Part shown: piece after piece, positions 52,728-64,000 of the stretch
How the letters are laid out: each line of letters starts with the position of its first letter
Position numbering within the stretch: the stretch's first letter is position 1
Origin: Dipteris shenzhenensis
Taxonomy: Eukaryota
Direction: 5' to 3' (one strand)
Length of the DNA: 64,000 nucleotides
NCBI GenBank assembly: GCA_047967505.1
Contig: CM106538.1
The notes under the pieces: model-generated
What the model saw: only the letters and a program-made list of their open reading frames with translations
Told to the model about the DNA's origin: nothing
Database searches by the model: none
Program-made: the position numbers and the translations under genes

Positions 52728-55700
52728 TTGCAAAGGACTCTCACAAAGGAGATGGCTATAGATTTTATTCCAGGGATGGATGTGATTTTATGTAGCAAAA
52801 GAGAAGTAGTTGCATTTGCTACAATCCATGATAGTGATCCCAATTCAGTTTGCCAATTTCGAAGACTTGGCAAAGATAAGGTGGCAGTTACTATATCAAA
52901 GATTCTTAGTGCACATGTTGAGCTAAAGTATAAATATGGAGATATGGAAACACTTGGAGATGTTATGCCCTACAATACATCCAACAAATCATTTATAGCA
53001 TGGGACAGAGACGAGACTTATGCAATAGACATTATCAAGAATACAAAGTGCACCACCTTGGATTTTACTATAGGGGACTTTTTACAAATGAGATCATTTG
53101 CAAATAAGAATGTAGCAGAAGGTGAAGTATTGGGATTTGAACAAGTGGAGGAATGGTCATTTGCACAGATGGGGATTCTAAAAGTCACTGATGATGGTAT
53201 GGTTGATAACATAACATCCTTATGTGATCCCTACTAGGAGGTAGGCAAGAATATGAGATGGAGCATGCAATTTTTAAACATGAGAAAGAGGCACATGGTT
53301 TCAATGATAAAGACAAGGTATACTACAATATCAAAGGACCTAAAAAGCATGCCCATGTGCCAAGCTCTATCACTTCAAACGTGGATGATTTCAATGTACT
53401 CAATTATAGAAGTGACATCTTATCTGGAGTGGATGAGTTCATCGGTTCTGAGAAACAAAAAGATTTTAGAAGTGAAGCCTTATCTGGGGTGGATGAATTC
53501 TTGCACAATGAGAAGGGCAAAGGTTTTAATAGCGATGTCTTGTCAAGTGTGGATGAGTTCATGCATATTAACAAACCCGGTTTCAATCAAGCTTGTGGAT
53601 TTGTGAAAGCCATGCAAGTTGTCCCAATGAGCGATGTTCTCTCAAGAGTGGAAGAGTTTCAAGGTTCTCAATACTCTTGTAGAATATTGAATTCATTGAA
53701 TGGTCCTAAGAGTATGTTAAAAACGAGGATGAGATTAATAGAGGATTATTTAGTATTTAACTTGATTGTGATATGGCCAAGGATGCAACAACCAATCATG
53801 GATGCTTGGTTACAAACAAATGTGAGGAGAAGAAGTGCATAAATACAAATAACAATGTGCACGAGGAATGAGAAGAGAAAGCAAATCCAGACAGATCCAC
53901 AAAAGCAACCAAAGACGAAGAGAGTAATGAAGGAGGAGAAAATGTTAAATGCATTGGGATATCTATGTTGCAAGCAAAGATGTATGCACTTTATTGATCT
54001 TGCAGACATCAAGGAATGTAGAGGACACGTGTGGCAAAGAAGAGGAAGCGAAAGAAATCAATACCTTCTCACAGGTCTCTCTTGCTTTCTTCAGAATGGC
54101 AATAAAAGGCTAAGTTCAAGACAAAAGGAAAAACCTCTCGTAAATGGAAAAAGATTTGCAATAAGGCATATCGCAATATTACTGGATTATCCCATGGTAC
54201 ATATTGGGATTTAGTCACCAAGGCAAAGGGCGGTAAAAAATTTAGCATTCATGGTAATAGAGGAAGGTCCAAATCAAGAATCTCAACTATTAGGGAAGTA
54301 GCAATTTTGCAAGACTTCATACATGAAAATGCTTTACCTCAACCCCATATATCTACCAAAATCCCTAACAGTGATGCGATCACTGAAATGCACCTTCCAA
54401 TGGGCTTGACAAAGCTCAAAGTATTTGACTCTATTGCAAAAAAGCAAAGGCAAAGAGGGGGCGCCGTGGCTTCTTCTCATACTTTGTATACTCTTTGGAA
54501 GAAAAACTTTGGATATGTTAAAATCCCAAAGAGGCAAAAAATGTCAAAGTGCAATGTCTGTGATGATTTAAAGTGAGCGATTGAGAGTGCAAGATATCCA
54601 AATCAAAGGGAATTATACAAAAAAAACTAAAAATCTCATCATGACCTTATTTGACATTCCAGACAAAAATATGCATTTTGGAAGGAGCAAGCTATTTCGG
54701 ATAACGATGACTACATGTGCCTTATTGTAGATGGCATGGATCAGAATACAACATTGCCTTGTTTCGTTGCCACTCCACCTAAATTATAAGGAAAGCACTT
54801 TCTAAAGACACATTTATGTGGAGTGTTAGTGCATGGAATTAAGTTTTTTGTAGATATATGGATTGATTCCTTACATCTACATTTGAGCAATCACGTTGTA
54901 ACATCTATTATGAAGGCAATTCGCAATGTACATGCAAAAAAAGGTTGCCTACCACCGACTTTGAGAATACAAGCTGAAAATTGTTGGCAAGAAAATAAGA
55001 ATGTACTCATGTTTGCATTCTGCTCAATGCTAGTTGCTCATCGAATCTTCAATGAGGTTGAATGTGGATTTTTGTATGTTGGGCATACACATGAGGATAT
55101 CAATCACGTCTTTAGCACAGTCTCAAGAGAGCTTAAATGCAAGGATGTGGAGACAATAGATGACTTGGTAAGAAGATGTGGGAGGCAAGTTGGAGGTCAT
55201 AAGGAAAGTACGGTATGTGAGAGGCTCAAAAGAATGTATGATTGGAAGAGCTTCATTCTACCTTTCATACAAACAGGTGGTGATGCATTGACAGGTCATA
55301 CCAATCCACACTACTTTCATTTTTTTTAAAAAGATGAAAGACTCGTAATGCAATGGAAATAGTATTCTCATGATACAAAATGGGAACTAAAGAACCTTAC
55401 AATCTCTTAACTTCAATTCCCAACAAGGAAAGGTATCCAACATGGGCTCCTATAAAAGAATTCAATGAGAGGTCTAATTGTGAAATAGAAGGACTAAAAG
55501 CATTTATTACATACAAAGAGGAAATGCTCCAGAGATATCCTGATTCGAAGCCTACTTGGAGAGAACACACTACCACTGTAATTAACAAGACACGAAAATT
55601 AATAAAGGACCTTGAGAGAATGTGAGGCTCAAAGGATGTCAAGGAAGAATGCAATATATTTTGGCCAAATGTTCATAACGATTTGCGCCCAGCTCTAATT

Positions 55701-56207
55701 AATCTTTGAAAATGAATTTGTATCATTACTCCCACATCCATATTATGGACCGAAGAAGAGGGAGTTTATGCCACAAGTAGATGTAGAGGTTGATTGTTTG
55801 ATTGTGGTTCAGCCATCAGATGATGAATATGAGAATGTGAAGTTTTGGGTTGCAAAAGTAGTTGATGTGCAAAGAGATGATTAAGGAGAGCTACAACATT
55901 TACAGTGGTATGGTATGAGCCAAAGGGCAGGAAGGAGAATATGGATAACAACACATTGTATACTAATTGTGTAATGAAGGAGTGAGTCCCAAATGATGAA
56001 GCAGTCTCACAAGTTTTGATGGAGACAATCATAGTGTCTTGGCATTCAAGGGCAAAGAAATCAAAGAAATGCATGGGATATGAGGCAGAAGGAAAAATAA
56101 AAATACCACAGCAAAGTATTTTAAGGATGCTCACCTTGGAGGAAGTAGAAGGAGACAACGCAAATGAAGAATGTCCATGTTTAAAGCTTTGTATTGAAGT
56201 CCATTGA
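52728..56207 (+). pseudogene. Decayed transposase gene of the Sola-like element
   Basis: CCKQRC; LWKKNFGYVKIPK..KMSKCNVC; LIVDGMDQ (54721); LRIQAENCWQENKN; FLYVGHTHEDINHVF; YDWKSF; C-terminal FWVAKV..VVWYE. Many stops and frameshifts. The expected DNC and EDID appear as ENC and EDIN. Confidence 0.85.
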
Positions 56208-57199
56208 AGGCTTTTATTTGGGTACTAGGCAAGAAGCCAATTGACAATTATAATCATATATTATTAGACTAGTAGGTGCAACTGTACTGAGTCATCACCT
56301 CCTATGTCAAATGAGAGTCAAAATATGCATTGGATGTCACCCAAGGGGCTAAGCTTGGCAAGAAAATAGGGAGTTAATGCAAAAGGCACCTGGCAAGCGA
56401 CTGTCACATTGAGCAATAAGACAACGGGGAGTCAATGCAGATGGCACGGATTCATCAGGCTCTTTAAGAGCAACAATTTTGTAAACCTTGTTCAATCTAT
56501 ATCATTTTATACAAAGACTCTAGCTGAGAGCAACATCTCTCATTGTAATCATATAATGATAGCTATAATTGCTATTATAATTCTTTGGTTCAATACGAAA
56601 CTTGGGTCTTATGGCATCATGTCTTTTTTCTATTTATTAAAAGTTTTAAATTTGTGCATATTGCGAGTGACAATGCTATTTACATGATATATTTAAGTCC
56701 CCTTTCATGGATTTATAAATTTATCATGTTAAGTAAAATATTAAAAACAATTAAATTAACAAATAACATAGGAATAGCTAGAATTTCTAAAATAGGATTA
56801 TTTCAAATTCTTGCATGTTAGTGTAAAAGTATAGATTGAAAAAACAAGATTTTTATGTGAATATGATAGTGCCACAAAGTGAACTTTTGATTTGGGAAGA
56901 ATATTTTCAGAAAGTAAAATTTTGATTTGGGAAGGATATTTTCACAAAGTAAACTTTTCATTTGGGAAGGATTTTTGGGCTTCATCCAAAAACAACAGAA
57001 AAAGTCCAAAATTAATGAAATAGGTGTTTATAGCAATCGATTGGGTTAGTGCTATGCACATACGATTGCATGATGTTGAGCATGGTTTCTCAACACTTTC
57101 CCTCAAGATCAACATCATGAAGTAGGCCTTCCCTCAAGATGATGATTCTCGGGAATTGAAGAAAGACTAAGCATTACATTCCATCACACCCCTTTAATG

Positions 57200-58285
57200 G
57201 GAATGTCCTTCCTCTGAGTCAAACCAAGAGCTTGTCGGTGTTTCTTGAAAAGCTTTTTACAGAGTGGTTTGGTAAAGATGTCTGCAACATTCTCTCTACT
57301 ATCACAATGCTACAGTGTGATGTCACCAAGTAACACTCTTTCTCTGATGAAGTGTCCTGGAGTGATATAATGGATTCTTGGCCAATGCTTGAGTCGATTG
57401 ATTATCACACTATATTGTTGTTGGCTTTGATTCATCAAAGCAGTCTGTTTCTGACAATAGGCTTCTGAGTCATATAGCCTCACATGTACCTATAGTGAGT
57501 GCCCGATATCTGCTTTAGTCAAAGACAAAGAAACTATTGGCTATTTATTTGACAACCATGATATAGCACCTTGATCAAGGAAAAATGCATATCCCTATGT
57601 CGATCTCCTAGTCTCATGATCTTCGGCATAGTCACTGTCATAGTATCCATGCAACCTTGGATGACTTCCTCTGTATTCTCAAATATATAGGAGATCCGAT
57701 GAGCTGTCGATAGTACCTATCATTAACTGTAGGCTTGTTTGAATCTTTTCTAAGTTTCAAACTTTGTTCCATGGGAGTGGCTGCAATCTTGCAATCTGCC
57801 ATATGAAACTTCTTCAAGAGATTATCAACATACTTTAGCTGACTCATGAAGATGCTGTCTGAATCTTTCAAGAATTCAATACCAAGACAATAGTGCATAA
57901 GTCCAATATCTTTCATGTCGAACTCTACAGACAAGTCTTGTTTCAACCTTTTGTTGATATCACTAGTGACACTGATGAGCAGATGGAATGTGTACCAGCT
58001 CCATGTCAAGAATGCTTTTCTCAATGGTTACCTAGATGAGGAAGTCTACATGCAACAACCAGTAGGTTATGTTGAACCAAGAAAAGAGAATCATGTTTAC
58101 CATCTCAAGAAAAGTCTCTACGGCTTAAAGAAAGCACCCAAAAGCTGGTACAACTGAATCAACAAGTATTTTGTTGATCTGAGATACATGAAATCCAATG
58201 GAGATCATACTCTCTACTATAAAGTTCAAGGGGAAGACATTACTTTTTCACTTTTGTACGTAGATGATCTGATTGTGCCTAGAAG
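57200..58285 (-). pseudogene. Copia RT/RNase H remnant; the N-terminal RT piece (~57972-58285) is inverted onto the + strand
   Basis: Minus strand: EFDMKDIGLMHYCLGIEF, ATPME, YRQLIGSPIYL, ADIFTKPL. Plus strand: QLHVKNAFLNGYLDEEVYMQQP, LKKSLYGLKKAPKSW, LYVDDLI. Confidence 0.9.
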
Positions 58286-58391
58286 CAAGGATAGTTGGGA
58301 ATAGCCAAGTGTTGAGAGGAGGAGAAAGAGGGGAGAGACAAACATAATAGTTGCTCCCAAGGAACTGATTCTATTCATAGATCATAGGCAT

Positions 58392-58915
58392 GACCGGTTT
58401 CACTGCTGTTGTGAAAACTATGGTTTCTCAGTGTGAGAATCTTGGAAGTGTTCTTGGACTTATAGAGAGCTATGAACATATCCCATGCTTCTTTTGATGT
58501 CTTGAATGTGTTGAGTTGTCCTAGCATGACATTTTGCACATTCTACTTGATTAGATGATATGCATACTTGTCTTTCTTATCCCATTCTACCTATGCTCGG
58601 GCAATGGTAGGATCTGCTACAGGTGCGGTCACTATTGGTGTAGCTGGAGATCCTACTACTGGAGCTGCGATAGAAGGTGGAGTAGAGCTACTACTGGTTG
58701 GATCATCCAATGGTCTAGGTGTAGATCCATCGACATACTCCCATTTGTCTTGAAGTAAATGTTGGTGTAGTTGGAGATCCCGCTGGCATATTCCATTGCT
58801 GGTGCTATAACAAGAGGTGGAGTAGAGCTACTGCTGGCTGGGTCGTCCAATGGTCCAAGTGTAGACCCATCAACATACTCCCATTTGTCCTAAAGTATAA
58901 TAATGGTCTCCATTC
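58392..58915 (-). mobile_element. Copia gag fragment (family of 19469-21855) with an internal partial duplication
   Basis: DKWEYVDGSTPRPLDDP.SSST appears twice; homologous to ~19545-19940. Confidence 0.85.
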
Positions 58916-59188
58916 TGAAGAGGTGAGTGGGATAGAAGAGGTGCATAGTGACACAAAGAGAGAGCTCAAGTGGCACAAAATCAAAATGTATTGAAATGAA
59001 GGAACAACCTCCATTATATAGAGTGGAGAGGAAGGTGTCCTAGATCATAGGCACCTCCCCTACATCAATGGCAGTTAGCCCCTACATCATAGGAATTGGC
59101 TAAATCAAAGGAACCTCCCATGTGGGGGCCTTTGTACTTACATCATCATTTATGTCATGGTCTAGACACCTCATACCACTAGGTGTGC

Positions 59189-59223
<35 letters not shown>

Positions 59224-59879
59224 GACTCCCCTAGATGCACACATGCACCTTATAGGATGCCATGACCAGTTTCATGCGATGTATACAAACATAGCAAATA
59301 TTCAAGTAATTTTTTCTATTGTACCAAGGATTAATGTATGAGGAAATTGCTTCGACCACTCCAAAGATGAGTATGCAAGGGTAGTTTGAGATGTCCACAA
59401 AGCCAAGGTTAAATGTCACTTGCGTAGTGTAAGGAAGCCATAGCAACACAATAGGAAGGCCCATAAAGATCTTGCAAATCAAGAACCAATAATCTAAAAA
59501 CACAACGAGCATCTGGGCATCCGAAAGTACCGAACACTTGGGCATCTAGAAGTACTAAACAACTGGGTAGCCGGAAGTACCGAACAACCATAAATATAAC
59601 GAGCATAAGCCACACACGTCTGACAAGAGGCAAGCTGGTGTGGATTAGACACAACTTACATAATCATAGCGGGAATGAAATAGCAACCTTCTTGCATCTG
59701 GAAGTACCGAACAACCAAAAATACAACAAGGATAAGCTACACACAAATGACAAGAGGCAAGCTGGTGTGGATTAGACACTGCTTACATAATCATAGTAGG
59801 AATAACAACCGGGAAGATGAGCATCTAAGATTACAAAGAACATCTGAAAGTAACTGAGAAAATGAGCATTCGAGAACGG

Positions 59880-60640
59880 TGATCACGTCCAAATGAGTAC
59901 TCAATAGTAATCCATATGTGCCACATCCAAATGAGTACTTAATAAATTATCCATATGTGCCATGTCCAAACAAGTACTCAAGAAGTAATCCATATGTGTT
60001 CATAACTATTGTCACCTTAAAGACCCACATCCAAATGAGTATGCAACAAGTAATCCATAGATGCCACATTCAAATGAGTACTCAATAAGTAATCCATATG
60101 TGTTCATCATGAAAGCCATATAAGTATGTGTCATGTCCAAATGAGTACTCAATAAGTAATCCATATGTATTCATCGTGAAAGCCATATAAGTATGTATCA
60201 CATCCAAATGAGTACTCAATAAGTAATCCATATGTTCCATGTCCAAATGAGTACTCAATAAGTAATCCATATGTGTTCATATGAAAGACTTCATGTCCAA
60301 ATGCGTATGTAATATGACCACGTCAGAATGAGTACTCAATAAGTAATCCATATGTGTTCATCATGAAAGTCAAATAAATATGTGTCACATCCAAACGAGG
60401 ACTCGGTAATAATCCATGTGCCATGTCTAGACGAGTACTCAAGTAGCCATATGCCACATTTAGATAAGTTCTCAAGTAGTTAGCCATATGTATTCATAAA
60501 TATTGTCACTTGAAAGATGTTGAACCTTTCCACATTTAAACGAGTACTTAATAAGTAATCCATAGGTGCCATGGCCAAACAAGTACTCAATAAGTCAGCC
60601 ATATGTGTTCATCGTGAAAGACATATAAGTATACCTCACC
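59880..60640. repeat. Tandem repeat array with core CCAAATGAGTACTCAATAAGTAATCCATATG (~40- and ~65-bp unit variants)
   Basis: Core repeated more than ten times. The adjacent 59500-59810 carries GGAAGTACCGAACAACC repeats and a ~125-bp duplication; (AC)n at 59191-59220. Confidence 0.9.
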
Positions 60641-63208
60641 ACATAAAGGGCGGAATAAAAGGGCAAAATAAAAGTATGCCTTGCTTGAAGATATTAGGTG
60701 AACCAATAAGTAAATACATACCATAAGTCATCAATAAGTTAATCGACAAAGAAGGAACATACTGCTGGTCTAGTAAGACCTTGCATATACTCGTAAATAT
60801 AGATGAGTATGAAAGAGAAAGCAGATGTACTCATGCTGTAGGTATGCAATGTGAATTTACTCCATTGAATGGTATCTAGGTACCTGTGCAAACCTGTAGG
60901 TACTCAGAGACATAACTGAGTGTGATGAAAGAGAACATATGAGCTCAGCCTGGACGCAAACGAGTGCCTTGAAAATGACAAGGAAGCATGTGAGAAGGGC
61001 CTTTGCATATGTGAAGTAACGCATCCAAGAAGTGATGATATCAAAGCTAAATAGAAAAGAAACATTGAAAGAAAACATGTTAGCATGTTAACAATACAAA
61101 ACATTCGGCAAGTCCTTTTCTTCCATAGGATGGACTAGCTTGTGAAAGTGAAGCTAGTGTTGAATACATTCAATGAGCAAGTCAAGCAAGATGTAAGCTT
61201 ATAAGGGAGAAAGAAACATTAGATCCACATTTTCTTTTGCATAGTAAGCACACCTACATGATTAGCACATCAGCCCAGAATGACAAGAAAGTGTTTACGA
61301 TGAGGAACCTCCAAGCAGTAATAAATAAAAAGCTCAATATCAAATCTTTACCCTACTCCAGATCAAATACAATGGATGGTCTATAGGCATGCTTGATTGA
61401 CAAAAGATGAAAGATAACCTTCTTTCAAAATCATAAGATAATCGAAAGTAACTCTCACCTTAAAAATAACACAAAACATTTAGGAAATCAAAAGTACGTG
61501 ATAAGATAATCGAAGAAAATCTAGCCTTCAAAACAATACAAAATATTTTGGAAGCTCCTTTAAATCAATCAGCTCACGCTGAAAGTAAAGCTTGATTTAG
61601 AATATTTGGCATGTCTATTTAACCAAGATTCATGGAAACTTAAACTAGCTGTAGCTAAACTTGTTAGTAGAACATAATAATACATGTATTATAATTTTGT
61701 GAATAAAACATGAAGCATATTAATGTAGTGGAATACAAATAACATAACCTTTCAAGTGGGATATCAAGGACAAAGCATTGTACTAAACTACGATGATATC
61801 AATATTAAAGAAAGTTGGTTTTATCTCTATACCAACAGGCAAAGAAAAGCTCCAAGACATAGATGTATGTCATAGTGGTTAGTGATCTTGGAATTAACCA
61901 TTGTCGTCTCGCTGAAAAGCAATCAGGTTTTGTGAGGTACTCGAGTATAGATATTAACAAAGAAATTTGGTTGAAGGAAGTTATATGAATTCTAAGTAGC
62001 AATGCACTTACACAAAGACTCAGCAAAAGCCATGCACTAAATAAGAAGTTGGTCAGTAAAGGATGCGCTAAATAAAAACTAGCTTAATAGATGTGAAGCA
62101 TCATTAGCTTTTATTTTTGCAAAAGCAGCATGAAGCGACAAGTGCTAAGCGCTAAACTCTTGTTTTCACTAATGACCTAATAGAAAGCAAAAATTTCTTT
62201 CATATGGTAGATAACCTTTTGTCCAAGTGATTTTCCCAATCAACTTTTTGGTCTGTTGAATGTATATAATCATCACTACAAAAGCATGTAGATTGAGCTA
62301 CCTCACTCTTAACGAAAAGATTGAGACTCTACTTGACATTGATTAGATAAGTCGATCTTCGTCCCTAAAGATTGAATATGCTTGCAACAACGATCCTGCG
62401 CTCTTGGTTTTTATGGATATGACTGGTAGGCGTTGGGTCTCCTCTTCATCTAAATTTTTGTGGATTCATGTAGTTAAAGAAGTTTGCTTTATGTGATTGA
62501 GCCTCTTATTGCTCCATGTGGGAATGTGAAAGCGTGATACACCAGTGTGTTAAATCCAAAGGAATGCAAATACTAAGTGCAAGATAGTGTGATCAACTGG
62601 TGGAGACTGAAAGGGGGAGGGCAATGCCATATCACTTGAGAAGCTTTTTATCATTAAGTCTAATTTTTCATTGCTTTTGCTTTTGCTTCAAATATTGTTG
62701 ATTTTATAAAAGTATCATGAATCTTTTCCATCCTCATGTCCTAGATCAAGTTCTCTTTGGTTATGGGTGTTCATCTTGCTATCCAAACATTCTTCTACCA
62801 GTTTATTGATAGCAGGAAGCAAAAAGAATCAACCATAACTTTCTTACTTGAAATCGGAATATAGTGATCTAGCCAATCAAAATAACTGGCGCATACGCTT
62901 TGAACAAGCCATCACGGGCAATTTTCATCAATCATGATCATGGTGTTGATTCGCAATTCATCTTTGATAACTTTTGCATATCAACTAAAACCCTAGCGAT
63001 CAAGTAGTCAAAATGATCATAAAGATCTTCTCACAGTCACGCGAGAGCGTAGCCAGGCTTTGATACCATGTTGAGAGGAAGAGAAAGAGAAGAGAGATGG
63101 ACACAAGAGTTGCTCCCAAGGCAGGGATTCTATTCATAGATCATAGGCATATATATAGTTGAGGACTAGGCTGAGTTAGGGAAAGCTATATATAGCTCTA
63201 ACACCAAA

Positions 63209-64000
63209 AGACTTTACAAGGCTTGAATTGATGTGCACAATGCCGTGAAATAGCCAAATAGGCTTTACAATGATGGCATGTATGTGTGAAATCAAATAAT
63301 GTGCTATTTGCCAACTAAACAATCAATCAATGTCTTTGAACACTCTGAAGTCTTCTCACTGAACTGTGGAATGTCAGGCTTCACGTAATATGATGATGAG
63401 AAACTGCATGTGAGTGTGCTGGGATTGACTCTGAGTATGAACTATTTAGGAATTTTTGGCATGGCTTCAATTGGCTGCTTTTGAGTTCTCTCCGCTATGG
63501 ATGATATAATCTACTCTAAACTAGATCTAGACCAACCGTCGAGTGATGAAAAAGCAACAAATAATTCCTTTTCTTTGTTCGTTTTAGGTGCTGGGTGGTC
63601 AGATGCGTCGATTAGAGGCTGATGTGCGGATTTGTCGCCTGCACCTCAAAATGTGCACGTGATGTGGAGCGCATAGTTCTTTTTGGAGCGTCCTCAAATT
63701 CTTCTTGGATCAAGAGATACGACTTGATGTAAGTGGACAGGCAAAAAGGGTGCAAATGTGCTCAGTGATGATGTGGCACTTAGGATGTCACATGCAGTGA
63801 CTGTGCCTAGCAATGGGTATGCCTGTGGAGCACTCTGATGATGTGGTAGGTGTGGTCACATGTAGTGTGCACAGTGTTCTTGGCAGGAGGTAGGGGTGCC
63901 TAGCTGGCATTGTTGATTGGGTAGCTGAGGTGGCAGGTGATTGGGCTTGTTGAGGTGGCGGCGATGATGTGGCTTTGCTTACATGGTTGATGACATGGCC
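63209..64000 (-). mobile_element. 5' leader region of the minus-strand copy of the copia family (runs off the window)
   Basis: Reverse complement aligns with ~18350-19300 (e.g. AAGAACAAAGAAAAGGAAT.ATTTGTTG.T.TTTCATC). Confidence 0.85.

Larger units (their letters stand above)
48906..57028 (+). mobile_element. 8.1-kb TIR DNA transposon, Sola1-like DDD transposase family, flanked by TATA
   Basis: Left AATACGTATTTCATTAATTTTGGCCT versus right reverse complement AACACCTATTTCATTAATTTTGGACT (23/26). TATA at 48902-48905 and 57029-57032. The flanks rejoin as one copia LTR. Superfamily assignment rests on recalled motifs. Confidence 0.85.
58310..63203 (-). mobile_element. Nested short-LTR retroelement (135-bp 5' LTR 63069-63203, Met-tRNA PBS, truncated 3' LTR 58310-58391), apparently non-autonomous or decayed
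   Basis: Minus strand: TGTTAGAG...CTCTCAACA followed by TGGTATCAAAGCC. A second LTR copy starts at 58310. TSD CCAAG (58305-58309) / CCAAA (63204-63208). The empty site GGGAATAGCCAAGAGGCTTTACAAGG is seen as the reverse complement at ~19286-19311. Confidence 0.85.

Noticed and set aside
59880-60640. CRISPR-like repeat/spacer array
   Set aside because: The intervening segments are themselves repeated variants; this is an ordinary tandem repeat inside a retroelement.

Overview
Eukaryotic land-plant genomic DNA (spliceosomal introns, plant TE families; a fern or other non-seed plant is my inference, not proven). There is one intact host gene: a 15-exon GH27 alpha-galactosidase (43670-46862, +, 400 aa reconstructed by hand). 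Almost everything else is nested, mostly decayed transposons. Boundaries that could be resolved: (1) A complete 8.0-kb En/Spm(CACTA)-superfamily element with non-canonical CACAA ends and a GAT target-site duplication (34406-42409). It carries a transposase and a divergently transcribed accessory gene, and sits inside the homologous accessory gene of an older CACTA element. (2) An 8.1-kb Sola-like DNA transposon (48906-57028, TATA-flanked TIRs) carrying a ~20-copy ~181-bp satellite with a 7-monomer higher-order repeat. It is inserted into the TATA box of a copia LTR. (3) A Ty3/gypsy remnant with an archaeal-type RNase H ORF upstream of gag (24600-28093). (4) Two copies of one copia family, a nested short-LTR element, an LRR pseudogene, and several mini- and microsatellites. 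All calls are by-eye motif and alignment work; no searches were run.
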